Positions 40,891-48,140 of a stretch of DNA of 64,000 nucleotides are shown here, in pieces. The stretch spans positions 72,877-136,876 of IMG/VR virus record IMGVR_UViG_3300046744_000381. One strand, given 5' to 3'. The notes beneath the pieces are model-generated. The model was not told the DNA's origin, did not search any database, and saw nothing but the letters and a program-made list of their open reading frames with translations. The first letter of the stretch is position 1. Every line of letters starts with the position of its first letter. Both the position numbers and the translations under genes were made by a program. Source of the DNA: a virus.

Positions 40891-40893
40891 ATA
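40886..40893 (+). promoter_or_regulatory. T4-consensus late promoter TATAAATA
   Basis: Exact TATAAATA ending 6 nt before the ATG at 40899. Confidence 0.7.
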
Positions 40894-40898
40894 AAACT

Positions 40899-41144
40899 AT
40901 GATACTTAGAGAACTTTTTTACTTTGACAAAGACAACCTAGAACCAATTGAAGACCTTACTTATAGTCCGGCTGATGATACCAGTGTGATGAAAGTTGAT
41001 GATTCAAGGAAAACAAGACTTTCTTTAAAAGATATCAACAAGGCACGTAAAGCCTCAGAAAATCACCAAAAAGAAACTACAAAAGAGTTAGAATTTGTTA
41101 AACAAATGTACGGACTGGCCGCACAAGCACAAGCCGCAGTTTAA
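40899..41144 (+). CDS. Small head-cluster protein, gp67/gp68-like by position (81 aa)
   Basis: Follows the portal; MILRELF start and a basic RKTRLSL helix. Confidence 0.55.
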   Translation: MILRELFYFDKDNLEPIEDLTYSPADDTSVMKVDDSRKTRLSLKDINKARKASENHQKETTKELEFVKQMYGLAAQAQAAV

Positions 41145-41157
41145 CAAAAGGTGACAA

Positions 41158-41772
41158 ATGTCAAGCAAAAAAGTAGCGTTTGTGCTAGGAAATGGCATAA
41201 GTCGTAAAAAAGTTAATCCATTTGATTTAAAACAACACGGAACAATATATGGTTGCAATGCACTATATAGAACGTTTGCACCAGATTATCTTGTTGCTGT
41301 TGACACAAAAATGATAATGGAAATACAAAAAACAAACTATCATCATAAGCACCAAGTTTGGAGTAATCCAAACAAACTAACCAAGCAAGATCCTAATATC
41401 AATAAATTTAATCCTAATAAAGGATGGAGTAGCGGACCCACTGCATTGCATATGGCCAGTATGCACGATAATGCAGAAATATATATTTTAGGGTTTGATT
41501 ATACCGGGCTTGGTGAAAAACAAGAGTATGTAAACAACATATATGCCGGCACCCAAAATTATAAAAATACACAAGATAGAGCTACATACTACGGTAATTG
41601 GCAGAGGCAAACAATGACTTGTATAAATCAGTTTGTCCGTACTAAATACGTTAGAGTTACGGCAAATGAGGAAAGCTATATACCGGACACATTAAAAGAT
41701 TGTAATAATTTAAAACACATCACAATTGATAATTTTATTGATTTTTTTGGTTTAACCCCAATGAAATCCTAA
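41158..41772 (+). CDS. Maf/DUF115/sialyltransferase (GT29/GT42)-like Rossmann protein (204 aa)
   Basis: VAFVLGNGIS, YGCNALY, PDYLVAVD, SSGPTAL and IYILGFD follow the motif order of CstII/Maf/MptE-like enzymes. Confidence 0.6.
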   Translation: MSSKKVAFVLGNGISRKKVNPFDLKQHGTIYGCNALYRTFAPDYLVAVDTKMIMEIQKTNYHHKHQVWSNPNKLTKQDPNINKFNPNKGWSSGPTALHMASMHDNAEIYILGFDYTGLGEKQEYVNNIYAGTQNYKNTQDRATYYGNWQRQTMTCINQFVRTKYVRVTANEESYIPDTLKDCNNLKHITIDNFIDFFGLTPMKS

Positions 41773-41864
41773 AATACGCTGTTTTGACCCCATTTTAAGC
41801 GTATATTTTATATAAAGTGTAAATATAATAGACAGCCTTGTAAAGATAACTAAAGGAGATAACA

Positions 41865-42827
41865 ATGACTGACAGCAATAAGTTTGAAGAAATGCTTGAG
41901 CATCTTGTTAATGAAGATCGCGAAAAAGCAGCAGAACTTTTCCACGAAATTGTAGTGGAAAAATCAAGAGATATTTACGAATCATTACTCGAAGATGAAG
42001 AAGAAGTAGATGAAACAACTGACGAAGAAGTTGATGAAGCTACTGACGAAGAAGTCGATGAATCAGATGACGAAGATTTAGACGAAGCAACTGATGAAGA
42101 AGTTGACGAAGCTACTGACGAAGAAGTTGATGAAGCTACTGATGAAGAAGTTGAAGAAGGATTCTTTGATGAACCAGCAGTAGAAGCTGACCCAGCAGAC
42201 GCTATGATAGGCGACATCGAAATGCCAGATATGGATATGGACGCCGGCGACGATGAAGCAGGCGACGAAATGGGTATGGACGATGCCGACGGCGACATCG
42301 AAGATCGTGTAATGGATCTAGAAGATGAATTAGAAGCATTAAAAGCAGAATTTGAATCTATGATGGACGATGAAGCACCAGCAGACGATGAAGCAGGTGA
42401 CGAAATGCCAATGGATATGGATTCCGAAGAAGGCGACGACGACGATGCTGAAGAAGAAGCATTTGCATACGAAGCAACTGATGAAGAAGTTGATGAAGCA
42501 AGTGACGAAGAAGTAGAAGAGTCAAAAGTTGCCAAGTCAAACACAGAAGTGATGCGTGAATATACTGATAAAGTAACAGCATCAATGGGTGACAACGGTG
42601 CTAATGCAAAATCAGTAGTTGCTGGTGCAAATAATATGGGCGGATCATCTGCAAATATTGCAAAAGGTGGATCAGCTGATGAAAAAGGTACTGGCGCAAG
42701 CGCACCAAAAACAGATACCGCTGGTAACGTAAACGTTCCTGGTGGAAAAGCTGGGAAAATGAACTCAGCAAAAGCCCCTGCAAAGGGAGACAACGGCGCT
42801 AATACTAAATCAACAATTGGCGCTTAA
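41865..42827 (+). CDS. Highly acidic prohead core protein (320 aa)
   Basis: Extremely D/E-rich with a G/A/K/N-rich tail; directly upstream of the prohead protease; TAAATA at 41820-25 and an AAGGAG SD. Confidence 0.7.
   Translation: MTDSNKFEEMLEHLVNEDREKAAELFHEIVVEKSRDIYESLLEDEEEVDETTDEEVDEATDEEVDESDDEDLDEATDEEVDEATDEEVDEATDEEVEEGFFDEPAVEADPADAMIGDIEMPDMDMDAGDDEAGDEMGMDDADGDIEDRVMDLEDELEALKAEFESMMDDEAPADDEAGDEMPMDMDSEEGDDDDAEEEAFAYEATDEEVDEASDEEVEESKVAKSNTEVMREYTDKVTASMGDNGANAKSVVAGANNMGGSSANIAKGGSADEKGTGASAPKTDTAGNVNVPGGKAGKMNSAKAPAKGDNGANTKSTIGA
41995..42157 (+). repeat. Coding tandem repeat, ~24-nt unit (GAAGCWACTGAYGAAGAAGTYGAY = EATDEEVD), about 6 copies, with 2 more near 42470-42520
   Basis: Visible directly in both the DNA and the translation. 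Confidence 0.85.
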
Positions 42828-42837
42828 GGACTAAAAG

Positions 42838-43455
42838 ATGAAACACTTAAACGAACATTTGAGTTTCGACCAGGCTAAGATTGTAGTTGAGTCTGCTAAT
42901 GACGGCAAAGACCTTTTTATGAAAGGCATTTGTATTCAAGGCGGAGTCAAAAACGCAAATCAGCGTGTTTATCCCGTAAATGAGATTAGCAGGGCTGTCA
43001 CCACACTCAACGAACAAATTAGTGGCGGCTACTCAGTGTTAGGCGAAGTAGATCATCCTGAAGGACTTAATATTAACCTAGACCGTGTTAGCCATATGAT
43101 TAATGAAATGTGGATGGACGGACCTAATGGTTACGGAAAACTTAAAGTACTACCAACTCCGATGGGACAACTAGTAAAGACAATGCTTGAAAGCGGCGTC
43201 AAACTTGGTGTTTCATCGAGAGGTAGTGGCGAAGTAGACGGCGGCGGAGAAGTCGCCGGATTCGAAATAATAACTGTGGACGTTGTGGCTCAGCCCAGCG
43301 CCCCCGGTGCGTATCCAACACCAATTTACGAACATTTAATGAACGAAAGAGGCGGATACAAGGCATTTTTAAATTCAAGAGAAGTACAAGGCGACAAAAA
43401 GGCACAAAAGTATTTAAAAGAGAGTCTATTGAATATAATAGACAGGCTCCAATAA
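42838..43455 (+). CDS. gp21: Prohead protease (205 aa)
   Basis: NANQRVYP, GEVDHP, VSH, GVSSRGSG and DVVAQPSAPGAY match the T4 gp21 family. Confidence 0.95.
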   Translation: MKHLNEHLSFDQAKIVVESANDGKDLFMKGICIQGGVKNANQRVYPVNEISRAVTTLNEQISGGYSVLGEVDHPEGLNINLDRVSHMINEMWMDGPNGYGKLKVLPTPMGQLVKTMLESGVKLGVSSRGSGEVDGGGEVAGFEIITVDVVAQPSAPGAYPTPIYEHLMNERGGYKAFLNSREVQGDKKAQKYLKESLLNIIDRLQ

Positions 43456-43468
43456 CGAGGAGAAATTA

Positions 43469-44560
43469 ATGTTAGATGCACTCAAAAATCTCTTCGAAAA
43501 TGACGCACTATCAGAAGAAGTACGTTCTGAATTAGAGGAAGCGTGGAACGCAAAAGTTAAAGAAAATCGACTTGAAGTTACTAGTGAACTACGCGAAGAA
43601 TTTGCTAAAAAGTATGAACACGATAAAACTACAATGGTAGAAGCCATTGATAGTCTTGTTACAGAAAAACTAGCAGAAGAAATCGCAGAATTCCAAGACG
43701 ATCGTAAACAACTAGCAGAAGCAAAAGCAAAATTTGCTGTTGCTCAGCGTAAAAATGCTAATCTAATGAAATCTTTTGTTTCTGAGCAACTTGCTACAGA
43801 AATTAAAGAACTGCACTCCGATCAAAAAGCAATGGCAGATAAATTTGTTGCTCTAGAAGAGTTTGTAGTAGAATCACTTGCGAAAGAACTTGCAGAATTT
43901 TACGAAGACAAAAAAGACTTGGCCGAAACAAAAGTACGTTTAGTACGTGAAGCCAAAGAACATCTTAGTAGCGTTAAGTCAACGTTTATTAAGAAAAGTG
44001 CAGCGTTGGTATCAGAAACAGTATCAAAGGGTCTCACAAAAGAGATTTCTTCACTGAAAGAAGATATTGAAGCAGCACGTGAAAATGATTTTGGACGTAA
44101 ATTATTCGAAGCATTTGCTAACGAATATCAACACTCATATCTTAACGAGAAGAGTGAAACTTCTAAACTACTAAGGGTTGTAGGTACTAAAGACCAACAG
44201 CTTGCAGAAGCAAAAGAAGCAGCGTCTAAAGCAATCAAACTTGCAGAAGCACAGGCAGCAGAGAACAAAAAGATCACTGAATCTGTGTCACGCAAAGAAA
44301 GTATTGATGGTTTAGTAGCTCCGTTGAGCATTGACCAGAAAGAAATAATGATGGACTTGTTAGAATCAGTTCAAACAGGAAAATTACAATCACAGTTTGA
44401 GAAATACTTACCGGCAGTTATCGACGGCAAGAGTCCAACGAAGAAGGCAGTTTTAGCAGAGGCAAAAGAAGTAACAGGCAACAGAACAGAAACAACTGAT
44501 ATAACAGCAAAGGCTGATAGCAACGTAGTTGATATCAAGCGTTTAGCTGGTTTGAATTAA
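43469..44560 (+). CDS. gp22: Prohead core scaffold (363 aa)
   Basis: E/K/A-rich coiled coil between the protease and the major capsid; FGRKLFEAF motif. Confidence 0.85.
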   Translation: MLDALKNLFENDALSEEVRSELEEAWNAKVKENRLEVTSELREEFAKKYEHDKTTMVEAIDSLVTEKLAEEIAEFQDDRKQLAEAKAKFAVAQRKNANLMKSFVSEQLATEIKELHSDQKAMADKFVALEEFVVESLAKELAEFYEDKKDLAETKVRLVREAKEHLSSVKSTFIKKSAALVSETVSKGLTKEISSLKEDIEAARENDFGRKLFEAFANEYQHSYLNEKSETSKLLRVVGTKDQQLAEAKEAASKAIKLAEAQAAENKKITESVSRKESIDGLVAPLSIDQKEIMMDLLESVQTGKLQSQFEKYLPAVIDGKSPTKKAVLAEAKEVTGNRTETTDITAKADSNVVDIKRLAGLN

Positions 44561-44570
44561 GGAGATAACA

Positions 44571-45740
44571 ATGTCAGAACTATTAGAAAGTCGCTGGCAA
44601 GAGACTAAAACAGCACTTCTTGAAGGCCTAAATGGCAATAAGAAAGCAGTTATGGCGTCAACACTTGAGAATACACGCAAGTATTTGGCTGAGACTGCAG
44701 GTGCTGGAGCTACCTCTGCCGGCAATATCGCAACACTTAACCGTGTGATCCTACCAGTGATCAGACGTGTTATGCCAACAGTGATTGCAAACGAAATCGT
44801 TGGTGTTCAGCCAATGACAGGTCCAGTGGGTCAAATCCACACATTGAGAGTACGTTACTCTGATACAGCAGGCTCAGGCGCAAGCGGAGCAACAGCTGGA
44901 GAAGAAGCACTTTCACCATTCAAAATTGCTGAAGCATATTCTGGTGCAACCAGTGGTAAAGCAGCAGCAACAGCAGCTCTAGAAGGTGCAGCTGGTAATA
45001 AACTTAGCATTCAGATCTTGAAACAGACTGTTGAAGCTAAATCACGTAAGTTATCAGCACGTTGGACATTTGAAGCGGCACAAGACGCTCAAAGCCAGCA
45101 CGGTATCGATGTAGAAGCAGAAATTATGGCAGCACTTGCTCAAGAAATTACTGCAGAAATCGATCAAGAGGTCCTAGGATCACTTGCTTCTTTAGCAGGA
45201 ACAGGTACAGACACTTATAACCAAGCAGCAGTATCTGGTACAGCTACATTTGTTGGCGACGAACACGCAGCTTTAGCAGTTCTAGTTAACAGAGCAGCAA
45301 ACAGAATTGCACAGAGAACACGTAGAGGCGCAGGTAACTGGGCTGTTGTTTCTCCAGCAATTTTGACTGTACTTCAGTCAGCAACAACTTCAGCGTTCGC
45401 AAGAACAACTGAAGGTACTTTTGAAGCACCAACAAATACTAAAATGGTTGGTACTTTGAACGGTGCAATGAAAATCTACGTAAACACATATGCAGCAGAT
45501 GATGATGTATTAGTTGGATACAAAGGTTCTTCAGAATCAGACGCAGCAGCGTTCTACTGCCCATACATTCCGTTAATGAGTAGTGGCGTTGTACTTGACC
45601 CAACATCATTTGAGCCAGTCGTATCATTTATGACTCGTTATGGATATGTTGAGTTGTCAAACACAGCTTCGTCTCTTGGTAACGCAGCTGACTACGTAGA
45701 GAAAGTTGAAGTGAACACAGGTAACTTGAGTTTCTCATAA
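44571..45740 (+). CDS. gp23: Major capsid protein (389 aa)
   Basis: RRVMPTVIANEIVGVQPMTGPVGQI, VEAKSRKLSARWTFEAAQD, EITAEIDQE, FYCPYIPL and MTRYG. Confidence 0.97.
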   Translation: MSELLESRWQETKTALLEGLNGNKKAVMASTLENTRKYLAETAGAGATSAGNIATLNRVILPVIRRVMPTVIANEIVGVQPMTGPVGQIHTLRVRYSDTAGSGASGATAGEEALSPFKIAEAYSGATSGKAAATAALEGAAGNKLSIQILKQTVEAKSRKLSARWTFEAAQDAQSQHGIDVEAEIMAALAQEITAEIDQEVLGSLASLAGTGTDTYNQAAVSGTATFVGDEHAALAVLVNRAANRIAQRTRRGAGNWAVVSPAILTVLQSATTSAFARTTEGTFEAPTNTKMVGTLNGAMKIYVNTYAADDDVLVGYKGSSESDAAAFYCPYIPLMSSGVVLDPTSFEPVVSFMTRYGYVELSNTASSLGNAADYVEKVEVNTGNLSFS

Positions 45741-45759
45741 GCTAAACTTTACAAGTTCA

Positions 45760-45785
45760 AAATAGGCCCTACGGGGCCTATTTTT
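45760..45785 (+). terminator. Rho-independent terminator after gp23
   Basis: AAATAGGCCC-TACG-GGGCCTATTT followed by a T run; cUACGg tetraloop. Confidence 0.9.
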
Positions 45786-45814
45786 ATGAGTAAATACCCA
45801 CAAGGAGTAATATA

Positions 45815-46009
45815 ATGATATACAAAGGTCAGGTTTATAAGTTTACAGGTAAATGGGGTGTTGTACGTCCAGATGCATTTGGTCAAGTACGTGTTGACGT
45901 ACTGTTTGATAAAAATCAACATAAACTAATTATTGGTGATCGTGTTGAATATGAACAAATTGAAAAAAATAATAGAAGATATGCAGAAAATATTGTAAAA
46001 ATAGGTTGA
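45815..46009 (+). CDS. Cold-shock-domain (OB-fold)-like protein (64 aa)
   Basis: KGQVYKF...WGVV...DVLF...LIIGDRVEY...YAENI parallels the CSD pattern GxVKWF...FGFI...DVFVH...LxEGxxVxF...AxNV; AAGGAG SD and TAAATA at 45791-96. Confidence 0.65.
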   Translation: MIYKGQVYKFTGKWGVVRPDAFGQVRVDVLFDKNQHKLIIGDRVEYEQIEKNNRRYAENIVKIG

Positions 46010-46033
46010 CTTTTATTTTGTATATGCTATATT
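46006..46033 (+). promoter_or_regulatory. sigma70-like (extended -10) promoter with no downstream ORF
   Basis: TTGACT (46006-11), 16-nt spacer, TATATT (46028-33) preceded by TG at 46025-26. Confidence 0.65.
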
Positions 46034-46039
46034 AAGTAC

Positions 46040-46283
46040 ATAACAAAGACGACGGTCCTAGTTAGATAGTGCAAGGAAGAGAGATAGCAGGTCTCAAACT
46101 TGGCTAGTAGTTGTAGTGACAGCGTATGAGCGTGGAGACACGAAGATGCGACTTTAAACGTAACTGTTTGATACTAGGCTCTTGGTGATTTAGCAGAACA
46201 GACTGCAAAGCCGGGTTGTTGGTATTCTGAAGTCCAACCTATCAACATTATAGAAAAAGGTCTACTTCGGTGGGCCTTTTTTT
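46040..46283 (+). ncRNA. Candidate stand-alone structured small RNA (~240 nt)
   Basis: Bounded by its own promoter and terminator with no ORF in the track; multiple helices including CGTG-GAGA-CACG, and crossing pairings CCTAGT/ACTAGG and GATAG/CTATC. Confidence 0.65.
46254..46283 (+). terminator. Rho-independent terminator
   Basis: AAAAAGGTCTAC-TTCG-GTGGGCC followed by T7; cUUCGg tetraloop. Confidence 0.9.
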
Positions 46284-46315
46284 ACGAACATTATAACCCA
46301 TTTTTTCGAAAAGGA

Positions 46316-46415
46316 TAAATACTATTGTCAGATAGTATGCCGCAAGGCGGACTTATGCTGTACCCGCAGCGTAGCTCATAGAACGGGCATCGGACTTCTA
46401 AACAGGAGAAAACAA
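46316..46415 (+). promoter_or_regulatory. Late promoter plus structured 5' leader (GCAA hairpin and possible pseudoknot)
   Basis: TAAATA at 46316-21; TGCC-GCAA-GGCG; ATGCTG/CAGCGT stem whose loop CCCG is complementary to CGGG at 46384-87; AGGAG SD. Confidence 0.5.
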
Positions 46416-46766
46416 ATGGGAAGACCTATTAATAAAAGAAACTTTGGCGCTACTGGAGCCACCACACCAACAATACCAGTTAGATATCACAACGGATCAT
46501 CAAGTGTAGAAGGTTACATTGTGAATCAAAAAGGTACAAACAAATTTACAGTAACAACTAACGGTTCTGATACATTCGTATGCAGACTTGTTAATGAAGT
46601 TGCTCCAAATGCAGCAGCAGAAATGTCATTAGTTGGCTTAGCAGGCAGTCCTGTTATTCTGAAGAAACTATTCAACAGAACAGCAGTTGATTGGGACGGT
46701 AACCGTTATACTTGGACTACTGAGGACGACTCTACCGAATCATTGTTAAGACTGACAGCCATTTAA
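46416..46766 (+). CDS. Virion structural protein, putative decoration/appendage anchor (116 aa)
   Basis: MGRPINKRNFG...GYIVNQKGTNKF; first gene of the late operon after gp23; strong SD. Confidence 0.55.
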   Translation: MGRPINKRNFGATGATTPTIPVRYHNGSSSVEGYIVNQKGTNKFTVTTNGSDTFVCRLVNEVAPNAAAEMSLVGLAGSPVILKKLFNRTAVDWDGNRYTWTTEDDSTESLLRLTAI

Positions 46767-46777
46767 GGAGTTTCTAA

Positions 46778-47797
46778 ATGGCTCAACGTATCAATAGAAT
46801 CGGCGCAGATTCTTATGTAATCAAAGTAGATAATGGCGGAAGCATTGAATTAGATGTAGGACCAGCAGGTGCTGTCACAGTAACCGGTGATCTTGCAGTT
46901 CAAGGTGAAAGCACATCTATTGGATCTAGTGATCTTGTAGTTGAAGATAATACTATTACTGTCAACGCAGGTGAAACAGGCAGCGGAGTTACATTAAACA
47001 CAGCCGGTTTAATTGTTGAGCGTGGAATCGCAAATGATGCTTACTTCTTCTGGGACGAAAGAGTACAAAGTATTAGTGGCGGAATAGCTCGTCAAGGTAG
47101 TTGGATATTACAAGACTCAACTAATGCTATTAACGGATTAGTTGCATCTAGTATTAGACCAGATACTATAGGAAGTAACAATTTAACTTTACTAGCTGAA
47201 GGTACAGGTATTGTTACAGTTACAGGTACCACTGATTACGAAAAGCAAGTGTATGACTACACAGGCGATGACATTACTACTAATGCCAGTAATCCAACAA
47301 AATTAGTTTTACCAAACGACGATGACGCATTAGTATCGGCTAGATTACTTGAAGACTTTGTAAGAGGATACACAACACAAAACTTACAAACAGGTATTTC
47401 AAAAGGCGATACTACACCTACTAGTGTAAAAACTTTTGACTTTGAAGTTGATTCATCAACAAGTAGAATTGAATTTAAAATCGATGACAATTTGTTAGCA
47501 ACAATGTTTGAGAATCGCTTAGAAATTGGCAATATTAAAATTACTGCTAATTCTATTACATCTAGCGATGTTAATGGCGATGTTGTTCTTGCAGGAGCAG
47601 GTACTGGCGGTGTTAGATTAGATACTGCTACTACTATCAAAAAATTAGCAGACCCAGTTGTACCAACTGATGGAGTTTCGTTATATAGTAAACCATTAGC
47701 AGATGGAGGAACAGGTATATTTTTTGTAAATGAAGATACAACTCAAGACGAACTAGCAAGTCGGAACAAAGCACTACTTTTCAGTATAATATTTTAA
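46778..47797 (+). CDS. Virion fibre-like structural protein (339 aa)
   Basis: VTGDLAVQG...VEDNTITVNAGE...AGLIVERG...FFWDE is a trimeric fibre-type segment also present in 780..2753. Confidence 0.55.
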   Translation: MAQRINRIGADSYVIKVDNGGSIELDVGPAGAVTVTGDLAVQGESTSIGSSDLVVEDNTITVNAGETGSGVTLNTAGLIVERGIANDAYFFWDERVQSISGGIARQGSWILQDSTNAINGLVASSIRPDTIGSNNLTLLAEGTGIVTVTGTTDYEKQVYDYTGDDITTNASNPTKLVLPNDDDALVSARLLEDFVRGYTTQNLQTGISKGDTTPTSVKTFDFEVDSSTSRIEFKIDDNLLATMFENRLEIGNIKITANSITSSDVNGDVVLAGAGTGGVRLDTATTIKKLADPVVPTDGVSLYSKPLADGGTGIFFVNEDTTQDELASRNKALLFSIIF

Positions 47798-47807
47798 AGG
47801 AACAGAA

Positions 47808-48140
47808 ATGGCAATAGTAAACGCACAAATAGCAAGCACAGATACAATATTAATTACTGTCCCAGCAGCTAAGAAATATGCTATAACTACAGTTCTAGTG
47901 TGTAACAACCAGTTTGATGACTCTAGTGGTGCAAATGATACAACATTTGATATGCACGTTATACCAGCTGGTCAAAGTAAAACACTTAGAAATTTAGTTT
48001 TAAATGACTTAAAAGTTGCAGCGGCAGATACATTTACATTTAATGTAGAAAGATTGATTTTAGAGGCAGATGACAGATTAGTGTTTGTAGGTGCTAACCC
48101 ACAAAATTTAAGTGTTACAGTAAGTTATTTGGAAGTATAA
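47808..48140 (+). CDS. Small beta-sandwich virion protein (110 aa)
   Basis: ITVPA...TTVLVCN...LILEADDRL...VTVSYLEV; coupled to the 2830-aa gene. Confidence 0.5.
   Translation: MAIVNAQIASTDTILITVPAAKKYAITTVLVCNNQFDDSSGANDTTFDMHVIPAGQSKTLRNLVLNDLKVAAADTFTFNVERLILEADDRLVFVGANPQNLSVTVSYLEV

Noticed and set aside
41774-41804. Inverted repeat ATACGCT/AGCGTAT upstream of the prohead core promoter
   Set aside because: It is a short AT-rich stem with a 17-nt loop, too weak to call a terminator or operator.
41995-42157. 24-nt repeats as a possible CRISPR or guide array
   Set aside because: There are no unique spacers, variation falls mainly at third codon positions, and the repeats are in frame within an acidic protein.
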